The notes beneath the pieces were generated by a model. The model searched no databases. It was not told where the DNA came from and saw only the letters and a list, made by a program, of their open reading frames with translations. The translations under genes were made by a program, and so were the position numbers. DNA of 64,000 nt from Gemmatimonadota bacterium (GTDB lineage: Bacteria > Gemmatimonadota > Gemmatimonadetes > Palauibacterales > Palauibacteraceae), in NCBI GenBank assembly GCA_032251515.1, contig JAVVDU010000010.1, positions 5,244 through 69,243 on the forward strand, written 5' to 3'. Each line of letters opens with the position of its first letter. Position 1 is the stretch's first letter. Positions 30,633 to 40,024 of this stretch are shown here, piece by piece.

Positions 30633-31920
30633 CGCCCGGCGGATCCGCGGCATGGGCGTTCTCGCCACCCTGCGGGAGGGCGTCCGGGTGGCCATCGACT
30701 CCCTGCGCGCCAACAAGGTGCGCAGCGGCCTGACGATCCTCGGCGTGGCGATCGGGGTGCTCGTGGTGATGGCCATGGCCGCGGTGGTGCAGGGCCTGAA
30801 CGACAGCTTCGGGGAGGCGATCTCCGCGCGGGGCGCCACGACCTTCTACGTGTTCCACGCGCCCGTGGGCGGAGGCGGCATCCAGACCGGCCTCGAGGAG
30901 GAAGAGAACGAGTTCATGCGGAACCGGCCCCTCGACCCCGCGTGGGCCGAAGATCTGGCCCGCCTGCCCGGCATCGCCCGGGCGACCCCGCTGGCCGACC
31001 TCGGGCAGTCGGGTTTCCGCGCCCGCGCCGGGGAGGAGGAAGTCACGATCAGCCTGTACGCCGTGAACACCGCCTATCTCGAGATCGACGGCGGCGACGT
31101 GGTGGACGGCCGCTGGTTCACGAGCGTGGAGGACCAGCGGCGGGCCGCGGTCGCGGTGGTCGACTCGCAGGTGGCGGAGGACCTGTTCGGCGGCCTCGAC
31201 CCGATCGGGCGCCACCTCGTCATCGGCCGCCCGGGCCAGCGGAGTTCCCGCTTCGAGATCATCGGCCTGTACCGGCGGCCGCCCAACGTGTTCTCCGGCC
31301 TCGCCAGCCACTGGGTGTTCGTCCCCTTCTCCGCCGCCATGAAGGAGCTGGATGTGTGGGAGCGCCTCGTCGCGTTCAGCGTGCAGCCGGCGGAGGGGGT
31401 CTCGCTGGACCGGGCGATCGACCTCGTGCGGGGACGGATGCGACAGATCCGGGGCCTGAAGCCCGGACAGGACGACGATTTCAACATCATCACGCAGGAG
31501 GAGTTCCTCGAGCTGTGGAACGACCTCACGGGCGTCCTGTTCGTGGTGATGATCGCCCTGTCCGGCGTCGGGCTGCTGGTGGGCGGAGTGGGCGTGATCG
31601 GGATCATGATGATCTCGGTCACGGAGCGGACGCGGGAGATCGGCCTGCGCAAGGCGGTCGGAGCGAGGCGGCGTGACCTGCTGCTGCAGTTCCTCGTCGA
31701 GGCGGCGACGCTGACGGCGCTCGGCGGAGCGATCGGGATGGCGCTGGGCGCCGGGGCCGTGGCCCTGGTCACCGGCCTGACGCCGATCCCCGCCTCGGTG
31801 CCCCTGTGGGCCATCATCGCCGCGCTCGCCGCATCCATCCTCACGGGCGTCGGGTTCGGCCTCTACCCGGCCGCGCGCGGCGCCGCGCTCGACCCGGTGG
31901 ACGCCCTGCGGTACGAGTAG
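30625..31920 (+). CDS. ABC transporter permease, FtsX/MacB family (second copy)
   Basis: Paralog of the preceding permease, with the same architecture. Confidence 0.85.
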   Translation: MTDARRIRGMGVLATLREGVRVAIDSLRANKVRSGLTILGVAIGVLVVMAMAAVVQGLNDSFGEAISARGATTFYVFHAPVGGGGIQTGLEEEENEFMRNRPLDPAWAEDLARLPGIARATPLADLGQSGFRARAGEEEVTISLYAVNTAYLEIDGGDVVDGRWFTSVEDQRRAAVAVVDSQVAEDLFGGLDPIGRHLVIGRPGQRSSRFEIIGLYRRPPNVFSGLASHWVFVPFSAAMKELDVWERLVAFSVQPAEGVSLDRAIDLVRGRMRQIRGLKPGQDDDFNIITQEEFLELWNDLTGVLFVVMIALSGVGLLVGGVGVIGIMMISVTERTREIGLRKAVGARRRDLLLQFLVEAATLTALGGAIGMALGAGAVALVTGLTPIPASVPLWAIIAALAASILTGVGFGLYPAARGAALDPVDALRYE

Positions 31921-32005
31921 GCGGAAGCGCGGCGTGGCGCCGAAAGGCCGCGCCACGCATCCTGCACCCGTCCGCGAACGTGTCCGCCCGCAATCGGAGC
32001 GCATC

Positions 32006-32746
32006 ATGACTCCGTCCCCGCTCGACCTGCTCGCCATCGCGCCGCACCCCGACGACGCCGAGCTCCTGTGCGGCGGCGCGCTGGCGAAGTCCGCGGCGCT
32101 CGGCCGCTCGGTGGGCATCCTCGACCTTACGCGCGGCGAGACGGGCACCCGCGGCACGCCGGAGATCCGGGCCGAGGAAGCGCAGCGAGCCGCGCGAACG
32201 CTGGGGGTCGCGGTGCGTGAGACGCTCGGGCTGCCGGACGGCGGCGTGCGGGACGACGACGACGCGCGGGCCCGGCTCGTGGCCGCCCTGCGGCGGCTCC
32301 GGCCCCGCACGGTGATCCTGCCGTTCCCCCGCGGGCGGCACCCGGATCACGGGGCCACCGCCGCGCTCGGCCGCAGCGCCTGTTTCCTGTCCGGGCTCGC
32401 GAACTACGGCGGCGGGGAGCTGCGGGCCCTGCCGGCACACCGGCCCGCCAAGGTCGTGCACGCCCTCGCCTACCGCGAGGACGCCGTGAAGCCGACGTTC
32501 GTGGTGGGACTGGACGCGGAGGAGTTCGGCCGCAAGCTGGCGGCGGTCCGCTGCTACGCCTCACAGTTCGAGGGCGTGACGAAGGCCGGGGAGCTGTTCC
32601 CCACCGGCCAGCCGCTGCTCGAACTGGTGGAGACGCAGGGTCGCCACTACGGGTCGCTCGTGCGGCGACCGTTCGGCGAGCCCTACTGGACCGAGGAGAC
32701 CGTCGAGGTGCACGACATCTCGCGCCTCGAGGTCTTCTCGCTCTGA
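32006..32746 (+). CDS. bshB1: PIG-L/LmbE family deacetylase, BshB1-like
   Basis: Start MTPSPLDLLAIAPHPDDAELLCGGALAK..., the AHPDDxE zinc motif. The pattern parallels bacillithiol BshB1. Confidence 0.65.
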   Translation: MTPSPLDLLAIAPHPDDAELLCGGALAKSAALGRSVGILDLTRGETGTRGTPEIRAEEAQRAARTLGVAVRETLGLPDGGVRDDDDARARLVAALRRLRPRTVILPFPRGRHPDHGATAALGRSACFLSGLANYGGGELRALPAHRPAKVVHALAYREDAVKPTFVVGLDAEEFGRKLAAVRCYASQFEGVTKAGELFPTGQPLLELVETQGRHYGSLVRRPFGEPYWTEETVEVHDISRLEVFSL

Positions 32747-32790
32747 ATCCCCTCCGGACCCGCGCGACCCGAAACGAGTATCTGACCGGC

Positions 32791-33972
32791 ATGTCGAACG
32801 CCCCTCGAATCTACCTCGACCACGCGGCCACCTCGCCGCTGCGACCGGAGGCCCGGGCCGTCCGCGAAGCCTGCGCCGACGTCGCGGATGCGAACCCCGC
32901 CTCCGCGCACGGCTTCGGCCGCGCCGCGCTCGACGTGCTGGAGCGGGCCCGCCAGGGGCTGGCCGACCTGCTGGAAGCCCCGCGGGACGGGATCCTGTTC
33001 ACTTCGGGCGGCACCGCGTCCGACAACCTGGCGGTGCTCGGGTTTTCCCGCGCGCACGCCGGGCAGCGCCCCCTGGTCGTCGTGTCGGCCGTGGAGCACA
33101 AGGCCGTGCTGGGAGCGGCGCGGCGGGCCGCCGCCGAGGGAGCGGAACTGGTCGTGCTGCCGGTCGGCCCGGACGGCGCCGTCGACCCCGTCGACCTGGA
33201 GCACGCCCTGGACGGGGCGGACGACCGCCCCGCGCTCGTGTCCGTCATGTGGGCGAACAACGAGATCGGAACCGTGCAGCCCGTGGCGGACCTGTGCCGG
33301 ATCGCCCGCGCGCGGGGAGCCCGCTTCCACACGGACGCCGTGCAGGCGTTCGGGAAGATCCCGGTCTCCCTCGCCGAGGTCCCGGCCGACCTGCTGACCG
33401 TGACGGCACACAAGATCGGGGGACCGGTCGGCATCGGGCTGCTCGCCCGCCGGGAGGACGTGCCGCTGGAGCCGCTGTGCTACGGCGGCACGCAGGAGAA
33501 CGGGCTGTGGCCGGGGACCCAGGACGCGGCCGCGGCGGCGGCGTTCGCCGAGGCCGCCCGGCTCGCGGTGGCCGAGCGCCCGGACGCCGCGGCGCGCTGG
33601 CCGCGGCTGCGGGAAGCGCTGGCGGCCGAGCTGCGCGACGGGATCGAAGGCCTGGTCGTCCACGCCGAGGGGGCCGCCGCACGGCTTCCCCATCTCCTCA
33701 GCGTCGGCGTGCCGGGGGTGGACTCGGCGACCCTGCTGGTGGCCCTCGACATGGCGGGCGTCGCCGTGTCGTCCGGCTCGGCGTGCGGCAGCGGCAGTTC
33801 CTCCGGCTCGCACGTGCTCGCCGCGCTGGGACGCGAGAGATCCGGGCCGTACGCCGTCATCCGGTTCAGCTTCGGCCCCGCGACCACGTCCGAGGAGGTC
33901 CGCCGCGCCGCCGCGACCACCGTGCGGGCCGCGGCGCGGGCCCGGTCCGCCGGGAGCGCGTCGCCGGCGTGA
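32791..33972 (+). CDS. iscS: cysteine desulfurase (class V aminotransferase, IscS/NifS-like)
   Basis: IYLDHAATSP, PLP-Lys region TVTAHKIGGPVGIG, and the active-site loop SSGSACGSGSSSGSHVL. Confidence 0.85.
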   Translation: MSNAPRIYLDHAATSPLRPEARAVREACADVADANPASAHGFGRAALDVLERARQGLADLLEAPRDGILFTSGGTASDNLAVLGFSRAHAGQRPLVVVSAVEHKAVLGAARRAAAEGAELVVLPVGPDGAVDPVDLEHALDGADDRPALVSVMWANNEIGTVQPVADLCRIARARGARFHTDAVQAFGKIPVSLAEVPADLLTVTAHKIGGPVGIGLLARREDVPLEPLCYGGTQENGLWPGTQDAAAAAAFAEAARLAVAERPDAAARWPRLREALAAELRDGIEGLVVHAEGAAARLPHLLSVGVPGVDSATLLVALDMAGVAVSSGSACGSGSSSGSHVLAALGRERSGPYAVIRFSFGPATTSEEVRRAAATTVRAAARARSAGSASPA

Positions 33973-35054
33973 GCCGCTCCGTCCTGTGCGCCATGTCCGG
34001 CGGCGTGGACTCCAGCGTCGCCGCGGCCCTGCTCGTCGAGGCGGGCTGGCGCGTCATCGGCGCCACCGTGAAGACCTTCTGCTACGCGGACGTCCCGGCG
34101 GGCACGCGCTCCTGCTGCGGCCTGGAGGGCATCGCGGACGCGCGGGCCGTGGCCGCACGGCTCGGCGTGCCGCACCAGGTCTTCGATCTCGAGGACGACT
34201 TCACGCGCGACGTGATCGAGGACTTCGTGGCCGAGCACGCCGCCGGCCGCACTCCCATTCCCTGCGTGCGCTGCAACAGCTTCACGAAGTTCCGCGACCT
34301 GGTGCGGCGCGCCGACGCCCTGGACTGCGAGTTCCTGGCCACCGGCCACTACGCCCGCACCGTCCCCGCCGACGACGGTACCGTCCGCCTGGCCCGGGCC
34401 GCGGACGACGGAAAGGACCAGACCTACTTCCTGTGGGGCATCGAGCGTGGCGTGCTCCCCCGCCTCGCCTTCCCGCTGGGCGAGGCCCGCAAGAGCGAGG
34501 TGCGGGCGCGGGCGCGCGAGCTCGGCCTGGTGACCGCCGACAAGCCGGAGTCGTTCGAGATCTGCTTCGTGCCCGACGGCGACCACGTGGGCTTCCTGCG
34601 GCGGCGCCTGCCCCGGGCGCATCCGGCCGTGTCTGCCGGCCCGATCGTGCTGGAGGACGGCACGCGGGTGGGCGAGCACGCCGGCACCGCCGGCTTCACG
34701 GTCGGTCAGCGCAAGGGCCTCCCCGGCGGCTTTCCCGAGCCCATGTTCGTGGTCGAGGTGCGGCCCACGGCACGCGAGGTAGTGATCGGGCCGCGCGCCT
34801 CCCTCGCCCGCTCGCAGCTCGTGGCGGAACGGGGGAACTGGCTGGCGCCGCGGCCCGGAGCCGGCCGGGAGGTGGAGGTGCGGATCCGGCACCGGGCGCC
34901 CCTCGTGCCCGCCGTGGTGGAGGCGTCCGGCCCGGACGGCTTCACGCTGGCCCTGTCGGCGCCCCGGGAGGCGGTGACGCCGGGCCAGAGCGCCGTGCTG
35001 TACGGAGAGGACGGATCGGTGCTGGGCGGCGGCGTGATCACCGCGGCGGCGTGA
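33969..35054 (+). CDS. mnmA: tRNA-specific 2-thiouridylase MnmA
   Basis: GTG overlapping the iscS stop. PP-loop VLCAMSGGVDSSVAAALL; catalytic Cys in PCVRCNS; DQTYFLW. Lies in the frame of ORF 33249..35054. Confidence 0.85.
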   Translation: MSRSVLCAMSGGVDSSVAAALLVEAGWRVIGATVKTFCYADVPAGTRSCCGLEGIADARAVAARLGVPHQVFDLEDDFTRDVIEDFVAEHAAGRTPIPCVRCNSFTKFRDLVRRADALDCEFLATGHYARTVPADDGTVRLARAADDGKDQTYFLWGIERGVLPRLAFPLGEARKSEVRARARELGLVTADKPESFEICFVPDGDHVGFLRRRLPRAHPAVSAGPIVLEDGTRVGEHAGTAGFTVGQRKGLPGGFPEPMFVVEVRPTAREVVIGPRASLARSQLVAERGNWLAPRPGAGREVEVRIRHRAPLVPAVVEASGPDGFTLALSAPREAVTPGQSAVLYGEDGSVLGGGVITAAA

Positions 35055-35064
35055 TCACCGCGGC
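35031..35064 (+). repeat. perfect 17-bp tandem duplication (ggcgtgatcaccgcggc x2) at the mnmA 3' end
   Basis: Seen directly in the sequence. The second copy supplies the mnmA stop codon. With one copy removed the C-terminus would read ...GVITAAT* instead of ...GVITAAA*. Confidence 0.7.
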
Positions 35065-35121
35065 AACCTGATCGTCGCGGCGGGAGGATCGCCGCGGCCC
35101 ACGCCCCCCCGCGGCGCCCCG

Positions 35122-36270
35122 TCAGTGCCGCAGCTGCTCGGCCTCGACGAGCTTCGCGAGCGCCTCGCGGCCCTCCTCGCTCAGCCGGTCGGGCAGCCGC
35201 ACGACGACCCGCACGAGCTGGTCCCCGCGCCGCTCCCCCTTTTCCACTCCCTGCCCCTTGATGCGGAAGGTGGTGCCGGACTGCGTCCCCGGAGGGATGC
35301 GGAGCACGACGCGGCGATTGTCGGGCGTCCGCACGCGGACCTTGGAGCCCATCATGGCCTGCGCGAGGTTGATGGGGATCTCGCAGCGCAGGTCCAGCCC
35401 GTCGCGCTCGAAGAAGGGGTCCGGTTTGACCTTGAACTGGACGATGAGATCGCCCGGCGGCCCGCCCTGCGGACCGCGCTCGCCCTGGCCGGACACCCGC
35501 AGACGGGACCCGTCGTCCACGCCGGCGGGAACGGTGACGGCGATGCGACGGCGCTGCGACACCTCCCCCCGGCCCTCGCAGGCGGGGCACGGCTGCTCGG
35601 GGACCGTGCCGCGGCCGAAGCAGGCCGGGCAGGGCCGCGGAATGGAGAACGACCCCTGGCCGAAAGTGATCGTGCCCCTGCCCCGGCACTCGGGGCAGGA
35701 CGACTGCGTCGCTCCCGGCGCGGCGCCGGAGCCGCGGCAGGCGGCGCACTCCTCGCGCACCGGAACGGAGATCCGGACCTTGCCTCCGCGCACCGCGGTG
35801 CGGAACGAGATCTCCACCAGGAACTCCACGTCCCGACCGCGCTCCGGGCCGGACGTCCGCTCGGCCGTGCGCCGGCCGAAGTCGAAGATCGACCCGAAGA
35901 TGTCGCCGAGCCCTCCGAGGTCCTCGAAGCGGAAACCGCGCCCCCCGGCCGGACCGCCGACGCCGCCGCCCGCCGCGCCCTCCGGGGAGGGCCGAGATCC
36001 GCCGGCGCGACCGAATCCGCCCGACGCCGCGAACCCGTCGAGGCCGCCGAACCGCCGATAGCGGTCGTACGTCTTCCGCTTCTCCGGGTCCGACAGTACG
36101 TCGTAGGCCTCCGCGACCTCCTTGAACTTCTCGCCCGCCGAGGGATCGTCCGGATTCGCGTCGGGGTGGTACCGCTTCGCCAGCTTCCGGTACGCCTTCT
36201 TGATCTCGTCGGCCGACGCTCCCGCCGCGACGCCCAGCGTCGCGTAATGATCCTTCGTCCGGGTCGCCAT
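35122..36270 (-). CDS. dnaJ: molecular chaperone DnaJ
   Basis: J-domain with HPD ([15 protein letters not shown]), a G/F region, and four CxxCxGxG zinc-finger repeats. Confidence 0.95.
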   Translation of the reverse strand: MATRTKDHYATLGVAAGASADEIKKAYRKLAKRYHPDANPDDPSAGEKFKEVAEAYDVLSDPEKRKTYDRYRRFGGLDGFAASGGFGRAGGSRPSPEGAAGGGVGGPAGGRGFRFEDLGGLGDIFGSIFDFGRRTAERTSGPERGRDVEFLVEISFRTAVRGGKVRISVPVREECAACRGSGAAPGATQSSCPECRGRGTITFGQGSFSIPRPCPACFGRGTVPEQPCPACEGRGEVSQRRRIAVTVPAGVDDGSRLRVSGQGERGPQGGPPGDLIVQFKVKPDPFFERDGLDLRCEIPINLAQAMMGSKVRVRTPDNRRVVLRIPPGTQSGTTFRIKGQGVEKGERRGDQLVRVVVRLPDRLSEEGREALAKLVEAEQLRH

Positions 36271-37058
36271 CAGTCCCGTACGTCTCCGTCCGCCCCGAGC
36301 GGGCGGTCCCCGGGCGCCGCGCCGGCGTCCTTCGCATCGTCCGCCGCGTCGGGGTCGTCGGCCTCGTCCACGGCCGCCGGGGCGTCGGCCTCCCCCTCCC
36401 AGCGGCGGACCTCGACCTGCGCTGGCCGTACGAGAAAGCCGCGCAGCCGGTACCCGTGCGCGAACACCCGCCCGACGGTCTCGTCTTCCTCCGGACGCTC
36501 CGCCGGCTCCACGCGGAGGGCCTGGTGGACCTCCGGATCGAAGGGCGCGCCCTCCGCCTCCACCCGCTGCAGCCCGTGTTCGGCCAGCGCCTTCTCGAGA
36601 TTCCGCCGGATCAGGTCGAGACCCCGGTCCAGCGCCTCGACCGTCGTCGTCTCATCCGGCAGATCGCGCCAGCGGGCGAGGTCGTCGAGCGCCGGGACCA
36701 CCGCGCGGGCGATGTCCGCCTGTGCCTGCACGCGGAAGTCCTCCCGCTCGCGGGCGGTGCGCTTGCGGAAGTTGTCGAACTCGGCGGCCAGCCGGAGCAG
36801 CCGGTCGTTCAGCGATGCGATCTCGTCGCGTGCGCGCTCGAGCTCGACGAGCAGCACCTCCGCCTCGGGCAGCTCGGCCAACTCGCCGGCGGGAGATTCC
36901 CCGCCGGCCTCCGGGCCCGTGGCCCCGGTCGCCTCCCCTGCGGCGTCGGCGGGCTCCGCCGGGGAGCCATCCCGTTGCGCCCGGGAGACGCCTCCCTCCT
37001 CCTCGCGGCCGGTGTCCGCCTCCGGCGCGCCGTTCCTACCACGTGACCTGCGGCTCAA
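36270..37058 (-). CDS. grpE: nucleotide exchange factor GrpE; start uncertain
   Basis: [17 protein letters not shown] coiled coil plus the C-terminal beta domain. TTG at 37058 overlaps the upstream stop as TTGA, with a GGGAGG RBS; an alternative ATG is at 37118. Confidence 0.8.
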   Translation of the reverse strand: MSRRSRGRNGAPEADTGREEEGGVSRAQRDGSPAEPADAAGEATGATGPEAGGESPAGELAELPEAEVLLVELERARDEIASLNDRLLRLAAEFDNFRKRTAREREDFRVQAQADIARAVVPALDDLARWRDLPDETTTVEALDRGLDLIRRNLEKALAEHGLQRVEAEGAPFDPEVHQALRVEPAERPEEDETVGRVFAHGYRLRGFLVRPAQVEVRRWEGEADAPAAVDEADDPDAADDAKDAGAAPGDRPLGADGDVRD

Positions 37059-37936
37059 CCCGTCCTCCCTCTGGTTGGTTCTCCCGCGGCGGGTGGTTCG
37101 ACCCGCTCGTCCAGCCATCCCGCCAGGTCCTCCAGCGCGGCCGGCGCCTGCGGGTCGTGGAACAGCGCGTGCCGCGCTCCTTCGTACTCCCGGATCCGGG
37201 CGGCCGGTTCCAGGCGCGCCGCGAGGTCGCGTGCCGCCTCGTTGCTCACGATGCGCTCGTCCCCGGCCAGCAGAAAGAGCGCCGGCACGTCGAGTCGCGA
37301 CGCCCCGCTCCGCAGCACCGCCGCCCCGCGCCGCATCTCGCCCCACGTCCGCGCGCTGATCCGCCGGTGCACGAGCGGATCCGCTTCCCAGGCCAGCCGG
37401 TCCGCCTCGCGCCGGAAGATGTCCTCGAGCGGGAGACCGTTGTCGAGCGTGAGTCCCGGTGCGACGGCGTCCGCCACGGCGCCCAGGGTCCGCTTCCAGC
37501 CGGGAACCCGGACGGCGGCCTCCACGAAGGGCGCGGAGAACACCACGCCCCGCAGCGTACCGGGGTCCGCCGCCAGGACGAAGCGCCCGGCCACCAGTCC
37601 GCCCAGCGAATGCCCGAACACGAAGATCGGCGCCCCGGTCTGCTCCGGCACGGCGGCGGCGCGCAGGGCCTCGAGGTCCTCCACCAGGAGCCCGAGCCGG
37701 GCCACGTGCCCGCGGCGACCCGGGGAACGGCCGTGCCCCCGCATGTCCGCGGCATGCACCGCGAAGCCCCGGCCGGACAGGAACGTCCCCACCGGCTCGT
37801 ACCGCCCGGCGTGCTCGCCGAGCCCGTGCACCAGGAGAACGTGTCCCCGTGCGGCGCCTGCGTCACCCCACGAGCGCCGGAACAGCTTCGCGCCGCCGGC
37901 TCCCGGAAACCAGCCGCCGTCCGCCGCGTCGGTCAT
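37055..37936 (-). CDS. alpha/beta hydrolase (lysophospholipase / monoacylglycerol-lipase-like)
   Basis: [14 protein letters not shown], nucleophile elbow GHSLGG, catalytic His near the C-terminus. ATGA overlap with cinA. Confidence 0.8.
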   Translation of the reverse strand: MTDAADGGWFPGAGGAKLFRRSWGDAGAARGHVLLVHGLGEHAGRYEPVGTFLSGRGFAVHAADMRGHGRSPGRRGHVARLGLLVEDLEALRAAAVPEQTGAPIFVFGHSLGGLVAGRFVLAADPGTLRGVVFSAPFVEAAVRVPGWKRTLGAVADAVAPGLTLDNGLPLEDIFRREADRLAWEADPLVHRRISARTWGEMRRGAAVLRSGASRLDVPALFLLAGDERIVSNEAARDLAARLEPAARIREYEGARHALFHDPQAPAALEDLAGWLDERVEPPAAGEPTRGRTG

Positions 37937-38457
37937 CGGGCCGCCTCCAGTCGCGCGAGCAGGAGCCGGAGGGCGCCGTCCACTGCCGCCGCACGCACGG
38001 CCTCCCGCCCGCCGTCGGCACGGAGGAGTCGCGCCTCGGCATCGTCGCACCCCGGCCCGGCGACGGCGAGCCACACCGTCCCCACGGGCTTGCCCGGCGA
38101 TCCTCCTCCCGGACCGGCCACGCCGGTCACGGCCAGCGCCCAGTCGGCCCGCGCGGCCCGCCGGGCGCCGCGGGCCATGGCGCGCGCCACCTCCTCCGAC
38201 ACGGCACCCCGGACGCGCAGGATTTCCGCGTCCACCCCCAGCAGATCGGACTTGAGACCGTCGGCGTAGGCGATGATTCCGCCCACGAACCCGGTCGAGG
38301 CGCCGGGCACCGCGGTGATCGCGGCTCCCAGCGCACCTCCGGTGCAGCTCTCCGCGACCGCCAGCGTCGACCGTCGTCCGGCGAGGCGTGCGAGGACGGT
38401 CCGGACCAACGGGGCATGGGACGATTCCCGCGGCCCGGGAGCGGCCCCGGAGCTCAC
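37933..38457 (-). CDS. pncC: CinA C-terminal domain protein (nicotinamide-nucleotide amidohydrolase PncC family)
   Basis: [17 protein letters not shown]... then [12 protein letters not shown]. Confidence 0.85.
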   Translation of the reverse strand: MSSGAAPGPRESSHAPLVRTVLARLAGRRSTLAVAESCTGGALGAAITAVPGASTGFVGGIIAYADGLKSDLLGVDAEILRVRGAVSEEVARAMARGARRAARADWALAVTGVAGPGGGSPGKPVGTVWLAVAGPGCDDAEARLLRADGGREAVRAAAVDGALRLLLARLEAAR

Positions 38458-39095
38458 GCTCCTTCTGCCGGCCGCCGCCGGAACGCCCGCACGTAGATCA
38501 CGAGCGACACCACCGTCAGCAGGAGGGCCACGGCGAGCGACGCGCTGGTGAACCAGCCGTGCAGCCGGGACCAGGTGCGGAACAGCCCGCCGGTCCAGTC
38601 GTGTTCCAGCGCCGCGGTCCGCAGCGCCAGCCAGGCGATCATCGCACCGATGAACACGTTCTGCGCGAACGCCTTCCGCTTACCGATGGTCCGGGCGCCG
38701 AACACGACGCCACGCCGGGCGGCACGGGTGCGCAGGCCCGTCACCAGGAGCTCGCGCCCGAAGAACAGGACGAGCACCCACCACGCCACCCCTCCGAACA
38801 CGGGGAGCTGCCCCAGCGCCGGGTCGGCACGCGTGAGGATCCAGAACGGGACGAGGGTCGCGACGAGCAGCAGCTTGTCGGCCATCGGATCGACCAGCTT
38901 GCCGAAGTCGGTGATCTCCCCTCGCTGGCGCGCCAGGGCCCCGTCCACGAGGTCCGAAACGGCGGCGACGACGAACACCAGCCCCGCCGCGAGGCGCGCC
39001 GACGAGTCCGGCTGCAGCAGGAGCAGGGCGACCACGGGCGCCAGCACCACGCGGACCGCCGTGATGAGGTTCGGGAGGTTCCAGGTCGGGGCCAT
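38454..39095 (-). CDS. pgsA: CDP-diacylglycerol--glycerol-3-phosphate 3-phosphatidyltransferase
   Basis: Internal start [18 protein letters not shown]-alcohol phosphatidyltransferase motif [12 protein letters not shown]...[10 protein letters not shown]. Confidence 0.85.
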   Translation of the reverse strand: MAPTWNLPNLITAVRVVLAPVVALLLLQPDSSARLAAGLVFVVAAVSDLVDGALARQRGEITDFGKLVDPMADKLLLVATLVPFWILTRADPALGQLPVFGGVAWWVLVLFFGRELLVTGLRTRAARRGVVFGARTIGKRKAFAQNVFIGAMIAWLALRTAALEHDWTGGLFRTWSRLHGWFTSASLAVALLLTVVSLVIYVRAFRRRPAEGA

Positions 39096-39105
39096 GGAAT
39101 CCCGC

Positions 39106-39681
39106 TCAGGCAAGCGCGCCGACGACGCGGACCGCGGCATCCAGGAGCGGCTCGAGCACCCCCTCACGGCGCAGGGCCGACGTCTCGTGGATCGTCCGGT
39201 CCCCGGCGTCGAGGCACCGGGCGAGCTCGTCCCGGTCGATGGCGTCCGCGAGGTCCCGCTTGTTGAACTGCAGGAGCAGGGGGACCGCCCCGCCGCCGGG
39301 CAACTCCGCCAGGTCGGTCGCGAGCTCCCGGAACGCCACGAGGTTCGCCTGCAGGCGGCCCGGGGCGCCATCGGCGACGAACACGATCGCGTCGGCGGAA
39401 CCAAGCAGCCGGCGGCGCAGTGCATCCGGCACGCCGGCGCCCGCCGGGGCCAGGAGCTGCAGGCGCAGGTCCCGCTCGTGCAGCCGACCCAGCTCCACGG
39501 TCAGCAGGTCGAACAGGACGGTGCCGCCCGTCTCGTCGGTCGGAGCGAGCAGCGGGCCCGTGCACGCGGCGTCCAGCGAATCGCGCACGGCCCGCAGCGT
39601 CTCCGTCTTCCCGGCGCCCCGCGGCCCCGCGTAGACGATGCGCGCGTGGACATCGAGCGCGTCCGCGTCCGAGCGCTCCAC
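39106..39681 (-). CDS. mglA: MglA-like Ras-superfamily small GTPase
   Basis: GTG start after GGAGG. P-loop ARIVYAGPRGAGKTETL (compare MglA KIVYYGPGLCGKTTNL), G3 LLAPAG, ADAIVFVADG, G4 LLQFNKRDL, ETSAL. Confidence 0.7.
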   Translation of the reverse strand: MERSDADALDVHARIVYAGPRGAGKTETLRAVRDSLDAACTGPLLAPTDETGGTVLFDLLTVELGRLHERDLRLQLLAPAGAGVPDALRRRLLGSADAIVFVADGAPGRLQANLVAFRELATDLAELPGGGAVPLLLQFNKRDLADAIDRDELARCLDAGDRTIHETSALRREGVLEPLLDAAVRVVGALA

Positions 39682-39685
39682 GCCG

Positions 39686-40024
39686 TCAGGCCTCCTCGAG
39701 TTCCGCGAGGTCCTCCTCCATCCCGGCGAGGATCGCCGTGGCCCGCTTGCGCAGGAGCGGCTTCTCCTCCCAGGCGAGGTAGTCGCGCAGCAGCAGGACG
39801 TTGTCCACGTCCGGGTGCGCCTTGAGGTATCCCAGCGCGGCGAGCCGCCGCAGCGGGAGCGGGCTGAACAGCTCCCGCTGGTTACGCGCCATCTGGTCGC
39901 GGGCCATCCACACCGTGAGGCCGGCCGCCGCGGCCGCCCCGACGATGACGCCCGCGACGATGCGCGCCACCTTCCACGTCGCATCCGTCCGATCGTCCCG
40001 GATCTTCACGATCCTTCGCACCAT
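39686..40024 (-). CDS. hypothetical small membrane protein (1 TM) immediately upstream of the MglA-like GTPase
   Basis: TM segment IVAGVIVGAAAAAGLTVWMA and a helical C-terminus. Not a roadblock/LC7 (MglB) sequence by eye. Confidence 0.45.
   Translation of the reverse strand: MVRRIVKIRDDRTDATWKVARIVAGVIVGAAAAAGLTVWMARDQMARNQRELFSPLPLRRLAALGYLKAHPDVDNVLLLRDYLAWEEKPLLRKRATAILAGMEEDLAELEEA

Noticed and set aside
39686-40024. Calling the gene upstream of the mglA-like gene MglB
   Set aside because: It has a TM helix and no roadblock/LC7 sequence pattern.
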